This document shows positions 1-12,668 of a stretch of 64,000 bases of DNA, piece after piece. The notes under the pieces are model-generated. The model ran no database searches. It worked only from the letters and a program-made list of their open reading frames with translations, and had not been told where the DNA came from. Numbering within the stretch: the stretch's first letter is position 1; each line of letters opens with the position of its first letter. The DNA is from Azolla caroliniana (Eukaryota; Plantae; Polypodiophyta). The DNA is taken from the NCBI GenBank assembly GCA_043228905.1, contig JBHGNT010000010.1:2728001-2792000 (forward strand), in the 5' to 3' direction. The position numbers and the translations under genes were made by a program.

Positions 1-436
1 CCTATCTTGTGGTTGGCTATGTATCCGATGAATAAAAACTACCACTTAAAATAGTGCTTCTACTAACATCGGGGGCAGAATGAACTCTGCTCTAATAATC
101 TCATGTGGTACTGTCGATTTGGTTTGGAGTTGACGTGATAACATTGTCACCAAAGGTCTCTCTAATTGCGTCCACATGAAAGATGGTAGACATGGAGCCC
201 ATGCTACTGATGCATACATGAGGGAAGGGGTCAATAATGAGTCGAAGAGCCATCCCTTAGTCCGTGGCTCTTGAAAGTATGCATGGTGGCATTGTCTCTC
301 TAAGAGTGAGAGGGATGCATACCCTCTCGTTAGCATATCTTTGGTTGCTTGGGTCATCGAGAATTTACCTGAGAGAGCACTAAAAGTGACTCTGAAGTAT
401 ACATATGATCCAACTACCTCAACTACTTTATCAGAG
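1..436 (-). mobile_element. Degenerate non-LTR retrotransposon (LINE) fragment, C-terminal RT/thumb region
   Basis: Second half of ORF 46..714 (VEVVGSYVYFRVTF...LFDSLLTPSLMYASVAWAP) resembles the LINE ORF2 post-RT motifs YLG and LF..LV.P.L.Y...W. It abuts truncated Gypsy integrase; boundary approximate. Confidence 0.6.
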
Positions 437-1772
437 AGGAAAGTGATATCATTAATTTTTCCGATAATACGGAAAGGACCTAATCGTCGATAATCCAATT
501 TATCGCATGGTCGAGTAGTCTTGATGTGTTGTCGTAATAGCCATACCCGATTTCCAATGTTAAAATAGGATGGAAGATGATGACGATCCGCATAAGCCTT
601 TTGTGTTTGTTGAGCTTGATGTAAATGGGTAGATAGGTCTGCCTGTATCTTGCGTAGCCACTCCAAATGATCCTTTGCACGAGGATTTGTGGGTAACTCT
701 GAGGTTTCGAACACATACCATCGAGGATGATGGCCTGTATAAGCATAAAATGGTGTAACCCTAGTTGATCAGTGGATAGAGTTATTAAAAGCAAATTCGG
801 CAAAGTGGAGAATATCCGCCCAATCATCTTGTTGATAGCTCAGAAAACACCGAAGATATTGTTCCAATGTTTTATTTGTTCATTCTACTTGGCCTTCTGT
901 TTGAGGGTGATAGCCAAAGGAGAGGTTACAAGTGACCTTGAGCATTTTGAAGAGATGCTTCCAGAATTTCGAGATGAATTGAGGTCCACAGTCGTTGATG
1001 ATACTATCCGGGAGGCCATGATGCCGAAATACCTCATGCATGACAATTGCAGCGGTTTCTTCACTAGTGATTGCCTTAGTACAAGGCAGGAAATGTGCCA
1101 TCTTAGTATATCGATCCACTATTATTAAGATTGCATCGAATCCAGTTGAAACAGGAAGATCTGTGATAAAATCTAAAGAAATGGAGTGCCACGACTTGCT
1201 TGGAATTGGTAATGGTTCCAATAAACCATATGGATGATGTCTTGCATCTTTGCTCTACAACATGTATCACATGTCCGAACATAGTCTTCGACAAATCGTC
1301 GCATATGAGGCCACCAGAATGATCGTTGTACTAAATCCAATGTTTTAGTCTTACCAAAATGTCAAGCTGTATATGTGTCATGACAATTTTGGACTACTCG
1401 AAGGCGACAAGAACCACTGGGAACATACAAGAGTTTCTTAAAGAATAGTAACCATCATGATATTCGAATTGTCGATAGTCCATACCTGGTTGTTGCGAAT
1501 GTGAACATGTTGCCCATGAGGGATCAATTTGCGCTAGAATGGCTTGCACGAAAGCGTTTGTCTTCAAGTCTTCAGGTATGGTCTCGATAATGCGGGAATC
1601 CAATGGAGTGTCAAAAACCCACGCTGCTTTAGTCGTGTTGGTCTTAGGATGACTTGCTTTTGATTATTGAATGTTGGATCATCGGGACGAGGTGCTAGAT
1701 ACGAGCGCCGAGATAATGCATCTACCTTCCCTTGCTGCTTCCTAGGACTATATGTAAATTTGAAGTTGAAGC

Positions 1773-2426
1773 TAGCAATAGGCCCGGTTTCGGCTCAAAC
1801 CAAACCGAATCGATAAACCGTGGCTTAATGGTTTATAGATTCGAAAATAAATAAACGGTTTGGTTTGGTTTCAAATGTTACTAATCGGTTTCGGTTCGGT
1901 TCAGTTCGGTTTTGAATTTACCGGTTTATCGGTTTCAGTTTATGTGGTTTGGTTTAAAGGTTTATAGGTTTATGGGTTAAAAAATACTCGTAAATTTTCC
2001 CTATAGGCTCTAACTTTCAACTTTTAATTTTAAATTCTAGTTTTAACTTATTAAATTTTATATGCATTATATGTAGAGTCTCCTTTTCATTTATGATAAG
2101 TATGATGATCAAATTTATGATCAATATGATGACAAAATTTATGATAAGTATGATAACAAAATTTATGATCAATATGATAACAAAATTTATGATAAGTATG
2201 ATAACAAAATTTATGATGATTTTCTGACACAAATTTATAATAAGTATGATAATTAATATCAATAAACATGGTTTGGTTTGGTTTTAAATTTTTTGTAAAC
2301 GGTTTGGTTTAAATGGCTTCAAAAATTTGAAAAAGTTTGGTTCGGTTTTATTATTAATAAATGGTTTGGTTTGGTTTTAAGGCCAAGAAACTGAACTGAA
2401 CCGAAACCAAATCGGTCCCATTCCTA
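1773..2426. mobile_element. hAT-like non-autonomous element (MITE), copy 1
   Basis: Imperfect TIRs TAGCAATAGGCCCG...CGGTCCCATTCCTA, subterminal AACCG/CGGTT repeats, AT-rich core. Splits the Gypsy A pol frame (FLT|RFNF) and is related to the copy at 31658. Confidence 0.8.
2089..2262. repeat. 24-bp minisatellite, about 7 copies, inside MITE copy 1
   Basis: Unit TTTATGATAAGTATGATAACAAAA repeated with variants. Confidence 0.9.
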
Positions 2427-3903
2427 GTCACAAAGAGTGAGGAATTGGGCCCATCGAGCTTGTTGTCAATTTAATACACGAGCATTCTAGAAAAAGGCAA
2501 GGTTTTTGTGATCACTGAATACGGTGACTTGATGAGAAGATCCCTCTAAAATATGCCTCCATTGTGCAAAAGAATCCACTATTGCTAATAGCTCCTTGTC
2601 ATGTATCTCGTAGTTGATTTCGGCAACGTCAAACTTGCGCGAGTGGAAAGCCACAAGATGTAGTTTTTCATTATCGTCTTGTTGTGATAGAATGCTAGCA
2701 AGGGAGAAATCCGACGTGCTTGCCTCCATGATGAACGGTTTCTTCGGATCAACATGAGCTAGAATAGGAGCTGATGTAAATGATTTCTTAAGATTTACAA
2801 AAGTCGTGTCCGCTTCCTTAGACCAAACAAACAACTCCCCCTTCTTGGTAAGTTGTGTGAGAGGCAAAATAAGCTTTGAGTAGTCCTATATAAACTTGCG
2901 GTAGAAATTTGTGAAGCCCAAAAAACATTCAACATCTCGCAATGAATGGGGAGTTTGCCACTCTACCACAGTTTTGACCTTAGTTGGATCCATAGAGATG
3001 CCTTTAGAGGAGATGACATAGCGTAGAAATTCCACCTGGTTGCACTCAAAACTACATTTTTCCAGTTTTGCATAAAGACCATATTCTCCAAGTTGTTTTA
3101 GTACTAATAGTACATGATAATCATGCTTTTCCTGAGTCTTCGAATAAACTAGTAGGTCATCCAAATAGATGATCAAACAAATATCCAAGAGATCTCAGAA
3201 TATATCGTTTGCCATGTGTTGGAAAACTACTGACACATTGGTGAGACCGAATGGCATAACCGTATACTCGAAGTGCCCGTATCGGGTGCGAAAAGCGGTC
3301 TTCCATTCATCTCCCGGTCAGATCTGTATGAGATTATATGCGCCTCGTAAGTCGATTTTTGTGAAGAACTTTGCACCATTAATCCGTTCTAAAAGACTTG
3401 AGATAAGGGGAAGTGCATACCTATTCCTGATGGTGACCTTATTCAAGCCACGATAATCTACGACGGGACAAAGTGATCCATCCTTTTTCTTGACAAAGAA
3501 AATGAGTGCGCCGGTTGGAGATTTCAAATGTCGAATGAACCCATTCGCCAAATTCTCCTTTATGTAGGCTCGAAGGACTTCTAGCTCGGTTGGTGACAAG
3601 TTGTAGATCGGTCCCCATGGTGGCTCTTTTCCTGGTTGTAAATCAATGGGGCAATCATACGGTTAATGGTGAGGAAGATTATTGACTTGTACCTTATCAA
3701 ACACGTCGGCATAATGACGATACTTCCCTGGAAGTTGAACTATGGATTCCTTGCGTCCTTCCTCATGTAGTTGATGTAGCGAAATGGTTGAAACCTTATG
3801 AGTAGATTCTCGAGGATGTCGATACCGGATTTCTCTTGTTCTCCAATCTATGTCCGGATTGTGTAACTCTAATCATGGCAAACCCAAAACAATGTGATGT
3901 TTT

Positions 3904-6900
3904 TGTTGAGAGACAAGCTCAACATCGGCCGGATCGGTTGAGCAAGCCGAGGACCGGATCGGTTGGGACCGATCGGTTAGGCCGAACCGGTGCGTAAAAC
4001 AGATATGCAAACCGGTGCATAACAAGAGGTTGTATCGGTGCGTAAACCGAAAGGCCGTTAGAGAGGTATTCCTCGTAAGGAATAGTTTTGGGAGTAAGAG
4101 TCAAGGCTCATTTATGAGCAGTCAAGTATTGTCAGTACTTGTGTCAGCCCATTGTCAGGGCTTGTATAAAAGGTGCTCAGTGAGCACGATGTATGTACAG
4201 ATTGAGTATTATTTTTGAATTAAGTTCTTGTGTTTACTCTCTCTCTGTCTCTTCCGTGCGTACTGTGCAAACCTAAGCTTTCCATTAAACGTGCGTTTTC
4301 TGTTGTTCGGTTTTCCTATATTGCTTCCGCACGCCATTCTTTTCATGGTATCAGAGTGCGAGGGTTGAGAACCTCTACAGCCGACTTTGCTTGAAGGAAA
4401 AACCAACAAAGAAGAACAAGAAAATCGATGGACAGAGGCATGGTTGGGTCGCTTCCAACGGAGAAGCTCGATAGAACCAACTACGCATCTTGGTCCTACA
4501 AGATGCAGCAGTACCTGCTCGGACACGGTTACTGGAGCTATGTCGATGGAGCAAATGACACAGCACCCGATTCGACACACAAAGACTTCCCGGCATGGGA
4601 ACAATCAGCGAGCAAAGTGTTGTATTGTTTCGCGTCTTGTGTGGGCGAACAGTTGTTAAGCTACGTTCGGGATGCAAAAACGCCGAAGGGTGCGTGGAAA
4701 AATTTGAAGAAGACCTTCGCTGCGAGCACCACAGCCAGGAAGCTTCAGCTTCGACAGGAGTTGAGAAACCTACGACAACGCAATTTGTCAGTGGCTAACT
4801 ATATCTCGAAGATCAAGGACATATGCGACTCCTTAGCTTCCATCGATGTGAACATCGAGGAAAGCGAGATGGTCCAGGTCTGTCTCGGGAGTTTGGCGTC
4901 AAGGTTCAAAGCGTTCCGAACTGCTGTGTGTACCCGGGAGAATACACCGTTGCTTTTCGACTTACAGTCGATGCTCCTTATAGAGGAGAACCACGCGGGT
5001 GCGTCGACAAGCATGCATGCCGATAGCAAGATGTTGTACACGAAGGGAGAGAGGCCCTGTGGTCGTGGCAAACGAGGCGAGTCGGTACGCAATGGAGGTG
5101 GCCGACGGGATCAAGGAAGAAGGCACCAAAGTGATGCCGACAGCAATTCCGAACCCTCCAGAAACAGGGGGAGTCGAGGCAACAAGAACCGGCAAGGGAA
5201 ATCCATCGTGGAATGTTGGTATTGTGGCAAGAAAGGCCACAGGGAGAGCAAGTGCTAGAAAAAGCGCGCCGAGTCGAAGAGGACCGGTTCCAGATCTGGT
5301 TCCGAACATACCGACAAAGGAAACCGGCAGCGATCGCACTACGCCGAAGGATCCGGAAAAGCCAAAAAAGGGTCAGTCTTCGTGACGAGACACGAAGCAA
5401 ACTCAATGAAGAAGATCACCCCGAAGTCGTAGGAGGTGTGGTACGTCGACTCTGGCACATCAAACCACATGACGTGCCACGAGGAGTGGTTCTCATACCT
5501 TGAGAAACCAACGCAACCAGGAGTAGTCGCAACCGGAGACGACACTCCGCATCTGATCGCAAATGTCGGTGAAGTTCCCTTGAGCCATGTTGGGCAAAAA
5601 GGGAAACTTATGAACATGTTACACGTCCCGACCATCACGAAGAATCTCGTGTCGGTCGGGTAGATTGTCGACCAGGGGATGCAGGTTCGGTTTACACACC
5701 TCGGGTGCTTCATTGAGGAAGAAGGTCGTATTATTGCGCAAGGGCAAAGAGATGGGAGGATGTTCATCCTCGACTCTACTGACGGTGGCACACAATGTTC
5801 GCGAAGGGACAAAAAGTCGAGTTGGACATCGACTTATGGCACAAACGGATAGGCCACGTCAACTACCAGCGGCTTCAAGACCTACAATCGAAACAAGTGG
5901 TGTTCGGATTGCCCAAATTTCATGGCCGGAAGGCACAAATTTGTGAAGCCTGCCAGCTTGGGAAGCAACACCGACTTCCATTCCCCAACGAGCGGAGTGT
6001 GGGGGCCGACACGAAACGTTAGTCTTGGCGGGAGCCGATACTTCGTCTCCTTCATCGACGACTACACGCGGCACGCGTGGATCTACCTCATTGAGAGGAA
6101 AAGCGAAGTCTTCGACTGTTTCTGGGACTTCAAAGGGTTCGTGGAAACGGAAACAGGAAGAAAGATCAAGTGCCTGCGGTCGGATGGCGGAAAAGAATAC
6201 TTTTCCGGTCAATTCAACGATTATCTACAACAGATGGGAATTCGACACGAATTCAGTTGTAGATACACGCCGGAGCAAAACGGCGTGGCCGAGAGGAAAA
6301 ATCGGTCGGTTGTGGAAGCAGCATAGGCAATGCTGGAAGAAAAGAGCTTGCCCAAGTTCTATTTGGCCGAGGCAGTACGAACCACGGTATACATCCAGAA
6401 CTGGATCGGAGACAAAGTGTCGGCGCACGAGCTATACTTCGAAACGAAGCCGAACTTGTGACACTTGAGAGTTTTCGGTAGCATTGCGTATGTGCATGTG
6501 TCGAAGGAGAAACGGAGGAAGCTGGACGCAAAGGCTGAGAAATGTATCTTGGTCAGTTACTCGGACGAGAAGAAGGGTTATAAGTGCAATAACCCGCACA
6601 CCAAACAAGCACGCGTGAGCCGCGACGTTGTGTTTAACGAGTCCGGGTCCTGGTACTTGCCCCCGACTCCAGACCTCACCTCCAATCCGAGTTCTGACGA
6701 TGAGGTCAGCGAGGCTGAGATGTCTCCGGATGAGCCGGAAATCGGGACGCAAAGAGAGTCCGATTTCATTTCGGTTAAGTGGACCGAATGAACGACTTAG
6801 TCGGTACGACCAGTCCGATGAAGAGTCGGCGAGTAGTGGAGACTCGGCCGTGCATTCCCCGCGCAGGAAACCGAGGAGACAGCTTATGCACAAAGAGAAA

Positions 6901-9594
6901 AGGGAGAAGACGGCTTATGCGTGAGTCCGACTCCGAGGGCAGCGGTGACGGGTCTTCCAGAGCGAAGTCTGCGTCGGTCGAGAAGACCTTGACATCGGCT
7001 AATGACGGATTACGCTGATCTACCTGCCAGAAGAACCCAGTTGTGCGGTTCGGATACAATGAGTATATGGCGCATCATTATGCGTACATGACCCGTGTAG
7101 CGGAAGTGCGTGAGCCGGAGAGCTACGCAGAAGCGGCTAAGGACGCGAATTGGCGCCGTGATGGAGGAAGAGATGCACGCATTGGCGGAAAACGAGACCT
7201 GGGACTTGGTTGACGCATCGAAGGGTGTGAAGCCGATCGAATGTAGGTGGGTGTACAAAGTCAAGTACAACACCGACGGCTCGGTCAACCGATACAAGGC
7301 TCGGTTAGTAGCGAAAGGCTACGCGTAGAAACACGGCATCGACTACGATGAGATGTTTGCGCCGGTCGCGAAGATGGCGATCGTCCGTGTTTTGCTTGCA
7401 GTAGCTGCGGCAAAGGGGTAGCACTTACATCAAATGGATGTAAAGAATGCGTTCCTGCAAGGTGAGCTTGAGGAATAGGTGTACATGGTACAGCCCCCTT
7501 GATTTCACTTCGGAACGAACACGTCGGCAGTGTGCTGATTGAAGAAGTCCCTTTACGGACTGAATCAAGCCCCGCGTGCCTGGAACGCGAAGATCACGCA
7601 ACAACTGCGTCGGATGGGCTTTGCAATGTCAAAATCGGACTCTTCCTTGTTCATCCGGAAAGGTCGACTCAGGCCGGTTAGTATTTTACTATATGTTGAT
7701 GACTTGGTCATCACCGGCGCCAACCTAGGTGAAATCGACCGCGTGAAGCTCCAGCTTGCGGCATCATTGGACATGAAGGATCTGGGGGACCTTCATTACT
7801 TCCTCGGGATCGAAGTGATCCACACCCCCGAAGGCATACTGATCAGCCAACGTCATTACGCACTGAATATGCTCTTCAAATTCGGGATGGCAGACTGTAA
7901 GTCCGTCTCGACTCCTCTTGATAGAACCGTCAAGCTTCGCCCCGAGTCCGGAAAGGTATGCGACCCAACGAGGTTCCGACAAATTGTCGGAAGCCTTATC
8001 TACTTGACAATCACCCGACCTGATCTTAGTTATCCGGTCGGGGTGATCAGTCAGTTCATGACGTGACCTACCAAGGAGCACCTTCAAGTGTGCGCAACGC
8101 GTACTGCGGTACGTAAGCAGCACTAAGGACCGGGGACTGCTATATCGGACTGGTATCACCTCGCAGTTGGTTGGCTACACCGATGTCGACTGGGCTGGCA
8201 ACGTCGCCGATCGCCGATCCACGTCTGGATACGCGTTCTCTCTTGGGAGTGCCGCAATAGCATGGAGTAGTAAGAATCAGCCGACAGTTGCACTGTCGAG
8301 CACCGAAGCTGAGTACCGAGGAGCGGTTGTTGCGACATGCAAAGCCATATGGTTGAAGCGGCTACTTAAGAATCTGCAAGAGGAGGTGTCCGATCCAACA
8401 ACGATCTACTGCGACAACCTCAGCAACATCCAGCTCGCGAAGAACCCCATTTTCCACGCCCAGACTAAGCACATTGAGGTGCACTACCATTTCGTCCGTG
8501 AGCGTGTTCTCTCCGATGACGTCAAACTTCAGTATGTTCCGACGGATCGGCAGACTGCCAACATCTTCACCAAGCCTCTTGGGCTGGTCAAGTTGCGGCA
8601 ATTCTCGGGTGCGCTTGGGTTGCGTCACCTCGACGTGCTGAACTTGAGGGGAGAGATGTCTCGAATGATCACAGAAGGGGGAGAGAAGACTGTGACGCCG
8701 AGTCGGATGACGAATTCAACTTCAGATCTGCTAAAGAAACCAAGGGCGGATCCGCAGAAGAGTCTGAAAGCGGACATAAGGGGAGCAGGCAGAAGAAAGA
8801 GCCCAAGCCAACCAAGCATGGGGGAGATGATGCCATCAAGGGCGAGAAGACCGAAGACGAGTTGGAGACAACCAACTCAGATGAGAGCGAAAACCGATCG
8901 GAGGTAGCCGAGTCGGTTCGGATGTTTGATTCGGATACACTGAATCAACCGAGGGCCAAGCAGAAAAGAAGGCAGCAGGAGAAGCGCCAACACCGCGACA
9001 GCAAGGGAGCTGTGAAGGGCCGTGCCGACCGAAAGGGTCGAAGCGCGCGGAGTCGAACAGGTCGAGGAGCGTGAGCGAGGCGTGGAGCCAGGAGGAACCG
9101 GAGCGGTGATCCGGAAGATCCCGAAGAGCCTCAAGTTGAGCTTGAAGGGGAGTGTTGAGAGACAAGCTCAACATCGGCCGAATCGGCTGAGCAAGCCGAG
9201 GACCGGATTGGTTGGGACTGATCGGTTAGGCCGGACCGGTGCGTAAAACAGATACGCAAACCGGTGCGTAACAAGAGGTTGTATTGGTGCGTAAACCGAA
9301 AGGCCGTTAGAGAGATATTCCTCGTAAGGAATAGTTTTGGGAGTAAGAGTCGAGGCTCATTTATGAGCAGTCAAGTACTGTCAATACTTGTGTCAGCCCA
9401 TTATCAGGGCTTGTATAAAAGGTGCTCACTAAGCACGATGTATGTACAGATCCAGTATTATTTTTGAATTAAGTTCTTGTGTTTACTCTCTCTCTCTCTC
9501 TCCCATGCGTACTGTGCAAACCTAAGCTTTGCATTAAACCTGCGTTTTCTGTTGTTCGGTTTTCCTATATTGCTTCCGCACGCCATTCTTTTCA
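3904..9594 (+). mobile_element. Full-length Ty1/Copia element B (pseudogenised)
   Basis: LTRs 3904-4345 and 9153-9594 (TG..CA, about 22 differences in 442 bp), TSD GTTTT, PBS TGGTATCAGAG (tRNA-iMet) at 4346, PPT before 9153. Confidence 0.97.
4428..9074 (+). pseudogene. Copia B gag-pol (gag, PR, IN, RT, RNase H, C-terminal extension)
   Basis: Motifs CWYCGKKGH, WYVDSG, WHKRIGH, LRSDGGKEY, PEQNGVAERKNR, YVDD, ALSSTEAEY, TKHIEVHYHFVRE; several in-frame stops and frameshifts. Confidence 0.93.
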
Positions 9595-11155
9595 GTTTTG
9601 GACTACTAATTATATTGAATCATACTACACATGCCAAATTATCTCGGACAACACTAATTGGCTCATACGATATTTCCGGAAGCAATGGTGTGACCATTAA
9701 TCACTACTATAGAGGCCGGACAAGGGAGTTTTCTTAGGGATATCTGATGAGCTTGGGCAAAATTCTTATCCATGAAGCAAGAATTAGCTCCAGAATCTAG
9801 GAGTGCTAAGACATGTGTTGGAGGAATACTTTTAGTACTAATAGTTACTTGAGCTAGGAAGACATTGCTAACTTGCTTAGAGGGAATGGAACCATTAATG
9901 GGCTGCACAGATCTAGAGTTGTCCAACCAAACGGCTCCTATTTTGGTTGGACTTAGTCATTTAACTCTTCTTCTAGTTGACTAAGGACTTCAAATTTGTT
10001 TGATAGGCTTGGGCTATTAGAAATATCAGACACTCCTAATGAAATAAATTCGGGCTTAACACTATTAGTACTAGCAGCTATTTGATTTGCCTATCTTCTT
10101 GGCCTATGGGGACAAATTACTGCAATATGCCCTAGTCAACTACAATAAAGACATAGTCGATTTGCTCGACGTCACTGCTTTTCCTCTTCCGATAACGGTC
10201 CGCGACGACGTGTAGTGTAGATTTCCATCGAGGTTGGAGTATTTACAGGAGACGCATTATGTGACTCCCTTGCAAATGGTTTTGCTACAATTGAGCCATA
10301 TGTGGGCTCCGACCTTGTTCTTGGCATTTGTAATTGACGTTCCGAACGTCATTCGAAAAGTCTGTTATCGCAACATACCGCTCGACTAATTGCCTCTGTG
10401 AGCGACTTTGGTTCTTTGGCAAAAGTCAGGAGTAAATCTTTGACATCATTTAGAAGGCCATATCGAAACTGCTCCATCAATGCTAGATCATCCCAGGGAA
10501 TATTGGTGGTGAGTAGACGGAAATCTGCAGCATAGGGTAAGGCTAGACGATCACCTTGATGCAATCTTCGGATTTTATTGATTGTCGTCCAAATGCTATC
10601 GGTGTCCCCGAAACAAGTTTTAAACTCGCTAATAAATTCCTCAAAATTATTTAACAATGGAGTTCTTTGTTCTAATAAAGGTGCGAACCATGCCAAAGTA
10701 GGGCCACTAAGTAACGTGCCTACTAATCCCACTCGTGATGCATTGGTGGGATATCGGGAAAGATGCATTTGAATCACGAGACGTACCTGATTAAGGAATC
10801 CCCTGAATTGTGATCGCGTTCCGTCGAATTTTGTAGGAAGACCAATCTTGGGTTCTTTATGAATTCCTTGAGTACTTGGTCCTTGTTGTTGCAAGGACAC
10901 AATGGTTGCTTCAAGTTGTTGTACACGTAAACGCCAACATTCCATGTTGTTGTTGCGTTTGCTGCTTCTCTAGAGAGATTTGGTGAAGATCAACCGTTGA
11001 TTTTCTTGTTCTAGTGCTACAAACTTTTCTTTCAACCACTACAGTTCCGAGAGGACAGATTGGTATTCTTGAGCGCTAACAATTGCCATAGTATTGGAGG
11101 AAGGAAGGATAACAATATTTGTATGAAGATGAGAACGAAGCAATTTGGTTCAAAC

Positions 11156-11242
11156 TGTTAGGAATAGTACTAAGAGAGAGAGGGAATTAGTATTAGAGAT
11201 GAGGATTAGTACTAAGAGGGGAGGGGTAGAACTCTCGAGAGA

Positions 11243-11284
<42 letters not shown>

Positions 11285-11502
11285 TGATAACAAACGAAAT
11301 ATTATATGAAGAGAATATAAAAGAATAGCTAGAAGGCTTAAGACTGGCGTTGAACCGAATTGGTTCGAAATAATGCCTTATGCCTCTATTTATAGTGCTG
11401 TCAAGATTACTCCTGAAGTTTCTAGAATGTTCTAGAGTAATCTAGAATATACATGAATTTCCTATAGAAATAAATAATGAAACTAATATCTTTCGTATTA
11501 CA
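11156..11502 (-). repeat. 5' LTR of Gypsy A
   Basis: TG..CA termini, minus-strand TATAAATA at 11394-11387, (CT)n tract, located just upstream of gag. No partner LTR is present to confirm the boundaries. Confidence 0.7.
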
Positions 11503-11577
11503 ATTCATGGTTTAATGGCAAGCGTTCCGCCCATGTAACACAAGGTCATGGGTCTGAATCCCTTCGAAGCCATACCA
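11503..11577 (+). other. tRNA-like / SINE-head Pol III remnant
   Basis: A-box-like TGGTTTAATGG (11508-11518) and B-box-like GGGTCTGAATCCC (11550-11562) at tRNA spacing. 3' GAAGCC could pair with the residual 5' TTC; anticodon arm is poor. Confidence 0.45.
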
Positions 11578-11599
11578 TGATAGGCTTATGTCGATCTGT

Positions 11600-12442
11600 T
11601 GATGGTGAGTCGCATCGATTTTCACCGAATATCCTCAGTGAGGACTTGGCCGATCGTATCATCTAGATTTAGGATCAGACAGCTATTGGTGAATGTCGTG
11701 CAAAATACCTCCCAACTCGTCGTCGGCAAGCTCGATAGGTGGGCAATGGCTTTAACTTCTTCTTCAAAGTTAATCCCTTGGGAGTAGAGTTCAAACAACA
11801 CCCGACTAAAGGTATTGATGTGGGAGGTTGTAGGATCCGACTCTCTCATCTTCATATTGAATAGTTGTCGAATCAATATGAGTTTCAATGAGGAGGACTT
11901 CTTTTCGTATAGTGCTTGCAACTTCTCCCATAATGAGAAAGTTGTTGTCTCCTTGGCCATGCTAAAGTAGACATTTTCGGCCAGGTGCATTCAGATGGTG
12001 GAGCACGCGATTTTTTTTCTATGGATCTCCACTCTTCGGTTGTCATCGAAGCGGGTTTTTTGTTGTGTCGAATGGCTTCGACTTGTCTTCTGATGATCAA
12101 CACATCCTGCATCGTCTCCTTCCACAAGGAATTATTTTTGTCATTGAACTTTCAGATTTCAACTTTTGCCTTATTCTTTTTGGAAAGCGAGATTTATTTT
12201 TGTGACCTTGTCTTCTTTTTCAGCTTCCTCTGTTGCTTTCATTGCCGCTGAACAACAAGTTGCTCTTATACCACTTGATGGAATGTATGCATGTAAGTAA
12301 GGACCTGTAGGTTATGTGCTCGGCAAACAACATAGAGAATATGGTAGAAGAAAATGATGGAAACGTAAACACAGTTTCAGCTCTAATGGAAGCTTTTGTT
12401 ATTCACCGTTCTCTCTCTCTCTCTCAAAGGGTCAAGATACAA
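11600..12442 (-). mobile_element. Copia remnant C (gag, PBS, partial LTR)
   Basis: Gag fragments 11622..12127 (LWEKLQALYEKKSSS..LIRQLFNMKM), PBS TGGTATAAGAGC at 12273-12262, LTR edge at ~12276. The LTR is interrupted by D and probably resumes at 17803. Confidence 0.75.
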
Positions 12443-12621
12443 TGTTGAGAATCGAACTCAACTTCCCATGGAAATAGGTTTCACACTAGCTCATGGACAT
12501 ACATACCATGCTAGTTTTTGTAAATAGTAGAAAGGTCCCTTGCCCTAGTTTAGTTGGTATTTAAACCAACCTTTTGTAACTTTGTTACTGTTGGAAGTAA
12601 TACATAGTTTTCTCATCTTAA

Positions 12622-12668
<47 letters not shown>

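Larger units (their letters stand above)
437..11502 (-). mobile_element. Gypsy element A (Tcn1/Tf1-like), decayed, 3' end lost; hosts a MITE and Copia B
   Basis: Minus-strand order: LTR, PEG10-like gag (10349..10945), CCHC knuckle (~10100-10170), protease LLDSGAN (9663..9926), RT (KIDLRGAY, YLDD; 2886..3599), RNase H (2487..2867), integrase (ISLDFIT, HPQTEGQVE, LGPF; 437..1221). Many stops and frameshifts. Confidence 0.9.

Noticed and set aside
46-714. Novel 222-aa protein
   Set aside because: Chance fusion of decayed integrase and LINE fragments.
2017-2269. ORFs with IILIINFV / YHTYHKFC repeats
   Set aside because: They are translations of the 24-bp minisatellite in the MITE.
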